From positions 1-53,098 of the forward strand of contig CAYRGX010000027.1 of assembly GCA_964423905.1 (NCBI GenBank): DNA of 53,098 nucleotides. The letters are read 5' to 3'. Position 1 is the first letter of the stretch. The number at the start of each line of letters is the position of its first letter. Position numbers and translations under genes: made by a program. Origin of the DNA: an uncultured Leptospirales bacterium (lineage in GTDB: Bacteria; Spirochaetota; UBA4802; UBA5550). Below, piece by piece: positions 38,406 to 47,817 of the stretch. Under the pieces are notes generated by a model. The model was given only the letters and a program-made list of their open reading frames with translations. It had not been told where the DNA came from and searched no databases.

Positions 38406-40940
38406 ATGAAAGACACGAAAATATTGATAGCGGGCAAGGACCCCGTGGAAACGACCGAGCTCCAGGCGCGCCTCAGGGGCTTCAATTTCACCGCGGACGA
38501 CATTGTCACGACCACGCGCGAGTGCATCGCCGCGGTCCGCGGCGGCGCGATCGACCTCGTCATCATGAACACCGGCACGGACGATTACGGCGGGATTTTC
38601 GAAACCGCCGACGAGTTGCGCGACGTCCACGACATCCCCGTGATCATCATCGCGACGCTGCAGTCGCTCCGGCACATGCGCCGGAGCGATGGAATGGACG
38701 CCTTCGACTTCATGTTCAACCCGGTCAGCGACCTGGATCTGTACGCCTCGGTCACGAACTGCCTCACCAAGCACTCTCTCGGGAAAAAACTCGCCGAGAG
38801 CGAGAGAAGGTACCGCGAGCTCGTGGACATCATGGGGATCGTCATCCTGAGGGTGGACCACCGGGGAGTCATACTTTTCAGCAACAAGTACAGCGAGGAG
38901 CTGTTCGGCTATCCACACGGCGGACTGAACGGCAGGAACATCGCGGGTATCATCATGCCCCCGGCCGGAAGGGGCGGAGCCGCGCAGGATCGTGCGCGGG
39001 GAAACGCGTGGCAGTGGGACCCCTTCTTCGAGGGCATGGTCGAGACCGAGTGTATCTCCGCAGGCGGCGCGAGCGCGTTCATTTTATGGAACGTAAGCCG
39101 CCTGCGCGAACGGCCCGACGGGTACCGGGAGACCATGTACATCGGGTACGACATCACCCAGCGGAAAAGGACGGAATACGATCTCATCAAGGTGAAGGAA
39201 CGTCTCGAGAAGATCTACAACCTGAGCCCTTCGTACATACTGATCGTGCGGTTGAAGGACGGCGTCCTCGTGGAGGTGAACGACACGTGCCTCGGGGAAC
39301 TCAACCTGTCGCGGGAGGACATCGTGGGCAGGATCGCGAAACTGCCCTTTGCCGCGGGAGACCGGCGCTCCTTCCTGAAGCCTCTGATGGAAAACGGGTT
39401 CGTGCACGATTACCAGAACATCTACCGGAAGGACGGCGCCATGCGCCAGTCGAGCATAAACGCCACCATCATCGAAATCGACGGAGAGCCGTGCATCCTT
39501 TCGGTGATCAACGACACAACCGAGCGGAAGACGCTCCAGGACGAGCTCGAAAAGCAGAGGAAAATTCTGTACGACATCATCGATTTTCTCCCCGACCCGA
39601 CTTTCGTCATCGACAATATGGGGACCGTCATCATCTGGAACCGGGCAATGGAAAAAATGACAGGCGTCAAAAAAAAGAACATGATCGGGAAAAGCGACCA
39701 CAATTATGCGATCCCCTTTTACGGCGAGAAGCGGCCCATGCTCGTCGACCTGGTCCTGGGACAGGACATGCTCTGGCGGCACGATTACGGCCAGTATGAC
39801 CGGGACGGCAGCACCATCACCGCCGAGACCCGCAAGAGGAAGGGCTCCGGGGTGCTGTCGCGGAGCATCATCTACGGGAAGGCCGCCCCACTTTTCGATT
39901 CGTCCGGCGGGATCATCGGCTCCATAGAGATAGTGAGGGATATATCCGACATCAAGGCCGCGGAAGAAAACATACGAAGAAGCGAGCTGCGCTACAGGAC
40001 CATATTTGAATCCACGGGGATCGCGATGGCCATGATTGCGAAGAACGGCAACATCCGCCTTGTAAACAACCGGTTCCGGGAACTCGCGGAATACGACGAA
40101 CCTGCTGCCTCGGTCCTCAACATGCGGAACCTGATTTCCGGGGACGACCACGCGCACCTGGCCCGCATGCTCGCCAACCGCGAGACCCCCGAGGACAGGG
40201 AGCAGCCCATGGAGCTTCACACGGGCACGGGTAACGTGAGGCATGTACTGATCCACGGGGCCGCCGTGCCCGGATCCTCCGAGATGCTCATATCGCTGGT
40301 GGACATCACCGACAAGAAGGCGCTGGAGAAGGAGGTACTGGAGGCGGAAAACCTTGCGCAGGTAAAGATCGGGCAGATCCTCCATGACGAGCTCGGCCAG
40401 ATACTGACAGGGACCGGCTTTCTCTGCGAGTCCCTTATCAAGACGCTCTCGCAATCCCCGGACACGCAGCGCAAGGCGAAAGAAATCTACGACCTGATCA
40501 ACCGCGCGCGCGACGTCACGCATCTCGTGGTGCACGGGCTCATCCCGTTCACCCTCTCGTCGGGCGGACTGCCCGAGGCCCTGTTCTATCTCGCGGAACA
40601 GACCACGAACCTCTATGGAATATCGTGCATCGTCCGCTACGACGAAACCATGAAAATCAACGACAGCCTCGTGGAAACCCAACTCTACTACATAGCGCAC
40701 CAGTCGGTCACGAACGCGATAAAACACGGGCTCGCGAAACGAATCCTCATATTCCTGGGAAAAAAACGTGGACGCCTTTCGCTCTTCATCGATGATGACG
40801 GCATCGGCTTCTCCGGGCAGGTCGCGAACACGAGCGGTCTGGGGATCCGCATCATGCGATACAGGGCGCAGTCCGTAAACTGCCGCCTGACCATAGGCCC
40901 GAGGGTGCCAAGGGGCACGCGGGTCGCGTGCGTCCAGTAA
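38406..40940 (+). CDS. multi-PAS sensor histidine kinase (HisKA_3/HATPase_c) with N-terminal pseudo-receiver domain
   Basis: REC-like fold in which the acidic pair, the phospho-Asp and the Lys are replaced (G-K, N in DLVIMN, N in FNPV). About four PAS/PAC blocks follow. H-box LHDELGQ and a NarX-type ATPase region. Confidence 0.85.
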   Translation: MKDTKILIAGKDPVETTELQARLRGFNFTADDIVTTTRECIAAVRGGAIDLVIMNTGTDDYGGIFETADELRDVHDIPVIIIATLQSLRHMRRSDGMDAFDFMFNPVSDLDLYASVTNCLTKHSLGKKLAESERRYRELVDIMGIVILRVDHRGVILFSNKYSEELFGYPHGGLNGRNIAGIIMPPAGRGGAAQDRARGNAWQWDPFFEGMVETECISAGGASAFILWNVSRLRERPDGYRETMYIGYDITQRKRTEYDLIKVKERLEKIYNLSPSYILIVRLKDGVLVEVNDTCLGELNLSREDIVGRIAKLPFAAGDRRSFLKPLMENGFVHDYQNIYRKDGAMRQSSINATIIEIDGEPCILSVINDTTERKTLQDELEKQRKILYDIIDFLPDPTFVIDNMGTVIIWNRAMEKMTGVKKKNMIGKSDHNYAIPFYGEKRPMLVDLVLGQDMLWRHDYGQYDRDGSTITAETRKRKGSGVLSRSIIYGKAAPLFDSSGGIIGSIEIVRDISDIKAAEENIRRSELRYRTIFESTGIAMAMIAKNGNIRLVNNRFRELAEYDEPAASVLNMRNLISGDDHAHLARMLANRETPEDREQPMELHTGTGNVRHVLIHGAAVPGSSEMLISLVDITDKKALEKEVLEAENLAQVKIGQILHDELGQILTGTGFLCESLIKTLSQSPDTQRKAKEIYDLINRARDVTHLVVHGLIPFTLSSGGLPEALFYLAEQTTNLYGISCIVRYDETMKINDSLVETQLYYIAHQSVTNAIKHGLAKRILIFLGKKRGRLSLFIDDDGIGFSGQVANTSGLGIRIMRYRAQSVNCRLTIGPRVPRGTRVACVQ

Positions 40941-40951
40941 AGGAGCGGGCC

Positions 40952-41626
40952 ATGAGCGAAGTGAAAAAGTACGGAGTGTTTCTGGTCGACGACCATCCCG
41001 TGGTGCGCAGGGGGCTGGCCGAGTGCATCAATACCGAGAAGGACCTCGAGGTCGTCGGAGAGGCGGACGATGTCGACAGCTCGCTCAGGGAAATCGCGAC
41101 GAAAAAACCCGACATCATCATAGTGGACATAACGCTTGGGGGCCTGAACGGCATCGATCTCACCCGCGCCATAAAGACGAGCTTCAATATCCCCGTGCTG
41201 ATGCTTTCCATTCATGACGAAACCCTTTACGCGGAAAGGGCCATGAAGGCCGGGGCGCGGGGTTACATCATGAAAAAGGAATCCATCGACACCGTGATCA
41301 CCGCGATACGGGACATACTCGGCGGAAAAATATTCCTGAGCCCCGCGATGAAAGAGCGCCTCCTTGGAAAATATCTATCCGGCGCCCCGGTGTCGTCTTT
41401 TTCGGGCTCGGTACTGGACGATCTCACCAACCGCGAAATGGAAGTGTTCCAGTACATCGGGCAGGGCCTCTCGTACAAGCATATCGCAAAAAACCTCGGG
41501 TTGAGCACCAAGACCGTGGAGACTTACAGAACCAGGATCATGGCCAAGCTGAACCTGAGGAGCTCGTCGGAACTTCTGCAATTCGCCATACAGTGGATTA
41601 AAAACAACGACTCGGTGATCGAATAG
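40952..41626 (+). CDS. NarL/FixJ family response regulator (REC + LuxR-type HTH)
   Basis: LVDDHPVVR ... IIIVDITLGGLNG ... LSIHDE ... K-P receiver, plus a LuxR HTH (LTNREMEVFQYIGQGLSYKHIAKNLGLSTKTVETY). AGGAG RBS. Confidence 0.9.
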   Translation: MSEVKKYGVFLVDDHPVVRRGLAECINTEKDLEVVGEADDVDSSLREIATKKPDIIIVDITLGGLNGIDLTRAIKTSFNIPVLMLSIHDETLYAERAMKAGARGYIMKKESIDTVITAIRDILGGKIFLSPAMKERLLGKYLSGAPVSSFSGSVLDDLTNREMEVFQYIGQGLSYKHIAKNLGLSTKTVETYRTRIMAKLNLRSSSELLQFAIQWIKNNDSVIE

Positions 41627-41717
41627 TATTTTTCGCCTGTTCTATCCCCGTGTAAAAAAAATTTATCCTGACACTTGACGATTTCACTTTGGATGAGTAT
41701 TTTATTAATGAAAGTTG

Positions 41718-41744
41718 TTAGCACTCATCTATAATGAGTGCTAA
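41718..41744 (+). promoter_or_regulatory. CIRCE element (HrcA operator): TTAGCACTC-N9-GAGTGCTAA
   Basis: Perfect match to the CIRCE consensus. The 9-nt spacer is atctataat. Overlaps the annotated start region of the Hsp20 gene. Confidence 0.85.
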
Positions 41745-42181
41745 CAAGAAGAGCGGAAAACAATCATCCCGTTGATCTTTTCACAAGGGATATAGACAGT
41801 TTTTTCAAAGATTTTTTCAACTGGGAACCAGCCGTTTTCGGTAAGGGATGGACTCCCACTCTCGAGGTAAAGGAAGACGACAAAGCCCTTTACGTGAACG
41901 CCGAGCTTCCCGGCCTGGACGAGAAGGAACTCAACGTGACACTGGAGCACAACGTGCTAACCATCAGCGGCGAAAGAAAAGAGGAGCGCGAGGAAAACGA
42001 TAAGGAGAAAAACTATCATTACAGCGAAAGACGCTATGGCTCCTTTTCCAGGTCGATCGCGGTACCGGAAGGCATCAAGGCCGACCAGATCGCGGCCGAA
42101 TATAAAAACGGGCTGTTGAAGATCACGCTTCCTAAAAGCGAGGAGGCCCAACCCAGGAAGATCAACATAACGGTAAACTAG
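41738..42181 (+). CDS. Hsp20/alpha-crystallin family small heat-shock protein
   Basis: Alpha-crystallin domain (W.P.vev.e.d......elPG.......v.......L.I.GE...). Only GTG at 41738 is available in frame. The start is uncertain because it lies inside the CIRCE arm. Confidence 0.8.
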   Translation: MLTRRAENNHPVDLFTRDIDSFFKDFFNWEPAVFGKGWTPTLEVKEDDKALYVNAELPGLDEKELNVTLEHNVLTISGERKEEREENDKEKNYHYSERRYGSFSRSIAVPEGIKADQIAAEYKNGLLKITLPKSEEAQPRKINITVN

Positions 42182-42272
42182 CAACGGAGACCGGCATCAG
42201 GGGAGACGATGCCGGTCGGGATTCTCTCCCCGATTAAGCACTCATGATTGCGAGTGATAACATATAACGAAG

Positions 42273-42310
42273 CCGGCATTGACGGGTTTGAACCGAATGC
42301 CGGTTTTTTT
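42273..42310 (+). terminator. rho-independent terminator (CCGGCATT-loop-AATGCCGG + T7) downstream of Hsp20; a second hairpin precedes it at 42191-42215
   Basis: Seen directly in the sequence. The T-run overlaps the stop codon of the convergent plsC-like gene. Confidence 0.55.
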
Positions 42311-43034
42311 ATGCGAGCCCGTATTGAATGATATCCCGAACGCGGTCCATGAGGAGTTCCTTGGATTCCAGTGAATATCCTTCCATGGCGACCGGGGGAT
42401 GGAACACGATCTCGATGGTGCCCGGCATAAGGTCGAGCGTGTCTTTGGGAAGGACATGTCTGCTGCCGTTGATCGTCACGGGAAGGATCGGGACGTCGTG
42501 CTGAAGGGCCATCACGAACCCGCCCTTTTTAAAGGGCAGGAGCGCCCCCTCGGGGCTGCGGGTACCCTCGGGGAAAAAGACCACGGACGAGCCCCGTTCG
42601 AACCTCTTCCTGATGACAGCGAGCTCGTCGCGCGCCTTCTGCGAATCCGAACGGTCGATGTAGATGTGCCCCATGCGCTCGCATGCTATCCCGAAAATGG
42701 GCACCTTCCTCAGTTCCATCTTCATTACCCACCTGAGCTGGAGCGGGGCGTACCCGATAAGGGCCCACACGTCGACATGGCTTTGGTGGTTGGACATGAG
42801 AATGTACGATCGTCCCGGACTGATATTCTCCAGCCCCCTGACGCGAATGCGCGCGAAAGCCATCGCGAGGTTCATCCTGGACCAGAATTTACCTATGTAA
42901 TGCACGAAATTCCCCGACGGATCGACGAACGCGAGCACGAGGATGGTCAGGCCCAGCACCGCGGTATTCAGGCCGAGAAACCCGAGGAACAGTGGCTTGT
43001 ATATAAACATAAACGATTTAATGAGTAATTTCAT
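42309..43034 (-). CDS. plsC: 1-acyl-sn-glycerol-3-phosphate acyltransferase
   Basis: NHQSHVD (HX4D) and FPEGTRS motifs. N-terminal TM helix. Alternative start at 43052. Confidence 0.8.
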   Translation of the reverse strand: MKLLIKSFMFIYKPLFLGFLGLNTAVLGLTILVLAFVDPSGNFVHYIGKFWSRMNLAMAFARIRVRGLENISPGRSYILMSNHQSHVDVWALIGYAPLQLRWVMKMELRKVPIFGIACERMGHIYIDRSDSQKARDELAVIRKRFERGSSVVFFPEGTRSPEGALLPFKKGGFVMALQHDVPILPVTINGSRHVLPKDTLDLMPGTIEIVFHPPVAMEGYSLESKELLMDRVRDIIQYGLA

Positions 43035-43313
43035 ATATTCAATCCTGCACATAAGTTCGACGCCGGCGGGATGCGATGAACAACCCTGTCGATAATATCA
43101 TGCCAAAAACGAAGGATACTGCAAAGGCAGCACGGTGATAATTGCAAGACTATTTTTATACCATAACGACGGACCACCCGCCGAAAAAACTGTATTTTTT
43201 TCTTTACAACCCCAGAAGAACATGAGCAACTATCGCTCCCCCACCGGGAGGCGGATCATCGAATATCCGAGGCGATGATCCATTCCCCGGCAATACTACA
43301 TACGAGGAGTGTA

Positions 43314-43784
43314 ATGATCATGCAAAGATTCAAGCTCACGTTCATCGTATCGTTATGCCTGGCGACCGCCATGGCCTTCTTCTCGCTCCAGACCCTGAAC
43401 GCACAGGGCAAGGGAAAGGGCAAAGGCAAGGGAGTAGGCCCCTGCCATGAGGATTTACAGAAGTACTGTAAAAAGGTCAAGCCGGGTGAAGGCCGCCTCG
43501 TTAAATGTCTCCTGGAAAACAAGAACAAGCTCACCCCCGAGTGCAAGGCCAACCTGGATAAACGCCTGGCCAAGGCGAAAGCGCACATGAAAAAGATCAA
43601 CGCGGCCTGTAAAGAAGACGCCAAGAAGATTTGCAAGGACGTGAAGCCCGGCAAGGGAAGGATAATCCAATGCCTCAGGAAAAACGAGGCGAGCCTGTCA
43701 GTGGCGTGCAAGGACGCACTCAAGCCGAAGAAACCCGAAAAACCGGACGATGGCGTGAACGAGGAAGTCCATCCCGAGGAATAG
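43314..43784 (+). CDS. secreted cysteine-rich repeat protein (two ~50-aa 4-Cys repeats after a (KG)4 linker)
   Basis: Signal peptide; repeats of C.eD..K.CK.VKPG.GR...CL..N...L...CK. GAGGAG RBS. Confidence 0.55.
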   Translation: MIMQRFKLTFIVSLCLATAMAFFSLQTLNAQGKGKGKGKGVGPCHEDLQKYCKKVKPGEGRLVKCLLENKNKLTPECKANLDKRLAKAKAHMKKINAACKEDAKKICKDVKPGKGRIIQCLRKNEASLSVACKDALKPKKPEKPDDGVNEEVHPEE

Positions 43785-43801
43785 ATTTATCGATCAACCG
43801 T

Positions 43802-43842
43802 AAAACAGAGAGAGCGCCCTTCCGGGCGCTCTCTCTGTTTTA
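43802..43842. terminator. bidirectional rho-independent terminator (18-bp perfect stem, 4-nt loop, A-run / T-run flanks)
   Basis: AAAACAGAGAGAGCGCCC-ttcc-GGGCGCTCTCTCTGTTTT, between convergent genes. Confidence 0.6.
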
Positions 43843-44004
43843 CAAGCAGTCAGGCCATGCCCTGGCATGACTATAACTCGCATGCCGAGTGAATTTCGCA
43901 AAAAATCAATCCAGGCTATAATGACTATGCCGCGCGCCCTGTCCCGCGCATTCGATGCGCGTTGCGAAATTCGTATCGAGGCGGCGCCCCGGACAGTTCC
44001 TCTC

Positions 44005-44382
44005 TTACGAACCCGCTATGAATTTTTTCGCCTCGCTCATCGAGGGAAAGACCGCAATATAATCGAACATCTCCGGGTGCTGGAGCATGATATCCTGGAG
44101 CAGCTTGTCCGTCATCAGGAGGATATAGTAGTTCCTGGTTTTTTTCACCAGCATGAGGGCCTTCATCATGATCCCTATCGCGTAGGAAGAGACCGAGGTC
44201 ACCTTCAGCACGTCGAGTATGCAATGCTTGTAATCGGGATACTTCGGCAGTTCCGCGGCCAGGGTGTCGTGCATCTCCGTGGACTCATCCTTGTCCACCT
44301 TGTCTATGCCCACCGTGCCGGTAAGAATGCCCGTGGATGCGTCGTACGCGATAGAAAAACTCTGTGTTCCAGCCATGTCCAT
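44005..44382 (-). CDS. STAS-domain protein (anti-sigma-factor antagonist-like)
   Basis: 125 aa; pattern ILDVLKVTSVSSYAIGIMMKALMLVKK ... resembles SpoIIAA/STAS. Assigned by eye. Confidence 0.45.
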   Translation of the reverse strand: MDMAGTQSFSIAYDASTGILTGTVGIDKVDKDESTEMHDTLAAELPKYPDYKHCILDVLKVTSVSSYAIGIMMKALMLVKKTRNYYILLMTDKLLQDIMLQHPEMFDYIAVFPSMSEAKKFIAGS

Positions 44383-44805
44383 CCCCCTTGTCGTTCGTTA
44401 TCTGTGTATTGTGCGGGGATATGTCCGCACCCGCAAACCCGGAACCGGGTCGCTCGCACATCCATTCACGGCTGCGACCGCCCACCCGAATGCGGGATAC
44501 CCTCATGCGTAATTGATATATCCCCGAATCACGGCGCCCGCCCGTAACAGATACGGGCAAGGCAATCCCCATCGAGCACACCTCTATCATCGATCATTTT
44601 AAAAATCAAGAAAAAATGTCGCCGCGCGGCCCCGTGGGTGCCCGCGGGCCCGTTAAAAATCACCCCGCGCGCGGGAAAGTTGTTGCCATATGCCCGCCAG
44701 GGCCGCGTTAATCCACTGTCCGACCGGCGCCGCAGCGGCCGGCGGAAACGGGGCGGGACACCCGCGCGGGTGCCCGGTTCAGCGGAATTCACGGGGTGCG
44801 ACTGA

Positions 44806-45906
44806 ATGATTATAAAGAGATTCTTCGCAAGACTGTCGGGGTTTTTCACGGAGGGTTTTCCGCCAAGAAAGGACCACCCGCGCGGCCTGAAAGGATTCAT
44901 CCAGTACGCGAAGGCCGTGGCCGCGGCAAAGCCGAAGGGCCTTGACCGCATCATGCGCATCCAGCCCGTGTTCGCCCTGGGGTCGGCGATCGTATGCATA
45001 CTCCTGTTCCGCAAGGGGTTCGAGCACGTCCCGGTCGCGATCGCGTTCGTCATCTTCTCAGTGTTCTACCTGTGCTTCAGGTTCTACATCATCACGAAAA
45101 AGGGCAAGAAGACCATTGGCGCGGTGAGCGACCTGGCACTGCTCTATTTCCTGAACGACATGCTGACGTTCGTGTTCCCCTTTTACCTCGAGTCGACCAC
45201 GTTCCCGTCACGCAACATGCTCTTCACCGCGCTCCTGCTCGCGGCGATCGTCATCACGAACTGGTCGCCCCTGTACCAGAAGTACATATCCCCCTACCCT
45301 CTTGCCGAATCGGTCTTTTACGCGTTTGGCTTCTTCGCCGTGCTGAACTTCGTCTTTCCCATACTTTTCGCGATGAGGAACATCTACAGCCTGGCGGTGT
45401 CGGCCGGCTTCACCGTGGTGTGCGTCATCGTTTTCGTGCTCCCCTACCTGAAAGGAAACTGGCCCGCCCGCAAGATAGCGGTATTCATCGCCGGGGTCGC
45501 GGTCTCGGGCGCGCTCATGCTCCCTTTGCGGAGCCTCATCCCGCCGGCGCCCCTTCGCCTGATGGGCGGGACCGCGTGCCTGGGAGTGGAAAACTACCGA
45601 CCCGTGATGCCGTTCAGGAACGCCCCGCTCGCGGCCGCGCCGGTCGCCTATTACCACACCGCGATCTTCGCGCCCCGCGGCCTGAGGGAGAAGATCGATC
45701 ATACCTGGTATCACAGCGACACCGCCCGGTACCATATCAGGAAGCGCCTGTTCACGGTGCACCTGCCCCATATCACCGGAGGGCGGAAAGCCGGGTTCAA
45801 CACGTGGTCGCTCCACAAAACCTACGAGGGCCGCGGAAGGTACACGGTCGAGGTCTGGACCGCGGGAGGTCAGCTCGTGGGATCGGGCTCCTTCCGGCTG
45901 AGATGA
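44806..45906 (+). CDS. hypothetical polytopic membrane protein with soluble C-terminal domain
   Basis: 366 aa with about 7 TM helices and a Trp/His/Tyr-rich C-terminus. Confidence 0.5.
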   Translation: MIIKRFFARLSGFFTEGFPPRKDHPRGLKGFIQYAKAVAAAKPKGLDRIMRIQPVFALGSAIVCILLFRKGFEHVPVAIAFVIFSVFYLCFRFYIITKKGKKTIGAVSDLALLYFLNDMLTFVFPFYLESTTFPSRNMLFTALLLAAIVITNWSPLYQKYISPYPLAESVFYAFGFFAVLNFVFPILFAMRNIYSLAVSAGFTVVCVIVFVLPYLKGNWPARKIAVFIAGVAVSGALMLPLRSLIPPAPLRLMGGTACLGVENYRPVMPFRNAPLAAAPVAYYHTAIFAPRGLREKIDHTWYHSDTARYHIRKRLFTVHLPHITGGRKAGFNTWSLHKTYEGRGRYTVEVWTAGGQLVGSGSFRLR

Positions 45907-46104
45907 GAGCGCCGGGCCGCGGGGGGAACACGTGATTTCGGACAGATTCGCCTTTCTGTGTAGTTCGGGGATATACACCCGGTCCTGCGGCGGGAACCGC
46001 GAGGAGAGTCAAACGTGTTTCTCCCGCGCGGAAAAAACCCTTTACAACTTCATGCATATCCCCATAAGTGACACATACCCCATAAGGAAGTCGAACCCCA
46101 GCGT

Positions 46105-47556
46105 ATGAAAAACACCGTGCGTAAACGCATTCCCTCCGACGGCAGGCCGCGCGAGGAATGCGGGGTTTTCGGAATATACGGCCACGAGAGGGCGGCGAAC
46201 ATCGCCTACCTGGGGCTCTACATGCTGCAGCACCGGGGCCAGGAATCGGCGGGGATCGCCTCGTCCGACGGATACTACATCTACCGATACGCGGGCATGG
46301 GCAAGGTCATCGACGTGTTCAACCAGGAACGCATCGACAACCTGCACGGGCACATCGCCATCGGGCACAACCGCTACTCGACCACGGGATCGTCGTTTCT
46401 GCGGAACGCCCAGCCGTTCCGCGCCGAGTCGATACTGGGCCCCATAATACTCGCGCATAACGGCAACCTGACCAACGCCGGCGAGCTCCGCTCCCAGATG
46501 GAAAAGACCGGCCACATCTTCCAGACCACCATCGACTCCGAGGTCATCGTGCACCTGATGGCGCGCTCGGGCGTGACCGACTTCATGGAGGCGCTGGTCT
46601 TTGCCCTCAGGCAGGTCCAGGGCGCCTACTCGCTCCTGGTCATGAACCGCGATACGGTGTACGCCGTTCGCGACCCCTACGGGTTCAGGCCCCTCGTCCT
46701 CGGGAGGCTCGACGACGCGTGGGTGGTGGCGTCCGAGACGTGCTCCTTCGACATCATCGGCGCGGAGTACGTGCGCGAGGTCGAGCCGGGCGAGCTCATC
46801 GAGCTCTCGCCGTCGGGCATGCGGTCGATTTTTCCCTTCGAGAAAAAAAAGCAGTCGCTCTGCATATTCGAGTACATCTACTTCGCCAGGCCCGACAGCA
46901 TCATCTTCGGCGAGTCCGTCTACGAGATGCGCGTGGCCCTGGGCCGCATGCTCGCGACGCAGTCGCCCGCGGACGCGGACATCGTGGTGCCGATCCCGGA
47001 CTCGTCCATCTACGCGGCGCTCGGCTTCGCCAAGGAATCGGGCCTTTCCTACGAGGTGGGTATGATCCGCAGCCACTACATCGGCCGCACCTTCATCGAG
47101 CCGTCGCAGAAGATCCGCGACTTCGGCGCGAAGATCAAGTTCAACGTGGTCAAGTCCGCGGTCGAGGGCAAGCGCATCGTGGTGGTGGACGATTCGATCA
47201 TGCGCGGCACCACCATGCGGAAAATATTGAAGATGTTCCGCCTCGGCGGGGCGAAGGAAATACACGTGCGCATATCCGCGCCGCCCACGAAGTTCCCCTG
47301 CTTCTACGGCATCGACATCCCCACGCACAAGGAGCTCATCGCCTCAACCCACAGCATCGAGGAAATCCGCAAGTACCTGCGCGTGGACTCGCTGGCCTAC
47401 CTCACCCGGGAGACCATGCTCCAGTCGCTCGACAGGCCCGAAAAGCAGTTCTGCACCGCGTGCTTCGACGGGAACTATCCCTCGGAACTCGGTGACATCG
47501 GCGAGGACAGCCAGAAGTACCTGTTCGAGGACATCGGCAACCACGAGTACTATTGA
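46105..47556 (+). CDS. purF: amidophosphoribosyltransferase
   Basis: N-terminal nucleophile CGVFGIYG, IGHNRYSTTG, and PRTase motif VVVVDDSIMRGTT. Confidence 0.95.
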   Translation: MKNTVRKRIPSDGRPREECGVFGIYGHERAANIAYLGLYMLQHRGQESAGIASSDGYYIYRYAGMGKVIDVFNQERIDNLHGHIAIGHNRYSTTGSSFLRNAQPFRAESILGPIILAHNGNLTNAGELRSQMEKTGHIFQTTIDSEVIVHLMARSGVTDFMEALVFALRQVQGAYSLLVMNRDTVYAVRDPYGFRPLVLGRLDDAWVVASETCSFDIIGAEYVREVEPGELIELSPSGMRSIFPFEKKKQSLCIFEYIYFARPDSIIFGESVYEMRVALGRMLATQSPADADIVVPIPDSSIYAALGFAKESGLSYEVGMIRSHYIGRTFIEPSQKIRDFGAKIKFNVVKSAVEGKRIVVVDDSIMRGTTMRKILKMFRLGGAKEIHVRISAPPTKFPCFYGIDIPTHKELIASTHSIEEIRKYLRVDSLAYLTRETMLQSLDRPEKQFCTACFDGNYPSELGDIGEDSQKYLFEDIGNHEYY

Positions 47557-47679
47557 TATCAGGGGGGATATGCCCTCCGCGGCATGAAAGCGCACGGCAC
47601 GCGCAAACCCGGCCCCGCGCCGCAGGAAAATACTTGACGAACGGGCGGCGCCGTAATGAGTTGTATTGCGTTTCAATAC

Positions 47680-47752
47680 AGGTCACTAGCTCAATTGGTA
47701 GAGCATCGGTCTCCAAAACCGAGGGTTGGGGGTTCGAGTCCCTCGTGACCTG
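47680..47752 (+). tRNA. tRNA-Trp (anticodon CCA)
   Basis: Cloverleaf by inspection: acceptor AGGTCAC/GTGACCT, D-arm AGCTCAATTGGTAGAGC, anticodon loop CTCCAAA, T-arm GGGGGTTCGAGTCCCTC. Close to bacterial tRNA-Trp. CCA is not encoded. Confidence 0.9.
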
Positions 47753-47765
47753 CAGACACCGGAAA

Positions 47766-47797
47766 GGCGGGGTTGAAGGACCCCGCCTATTGATTTC
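47766..47797 (+). terminator. hairpin GGCGGGG-ttgaagga-CCCCGCC + T-rich tail after tRNA-Trp
   Basis: Seen directly in the sequence. A near-copy occurs at 52993-53030. Confidence 0.45.
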
Positions 47798-47817
47798 AGT
47801 AATAAAACATCGCCATA

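Noticed and set aside
39084-40727. 547-aa minus-strand ORF
   Set aside because: Antisense to the PAS histidine kinase; low-complexity high-GC artefact.
43867-44547. 226-aa plus ORF
   Set aside because: It overlaps the STAS gene antisense and the GC-rich intergenic gap. Arg-rich, no support.
46042-47328. 428-aa minus-strand ORF
   Set aside because: Antisense to purF, whose identity is unambiguous.
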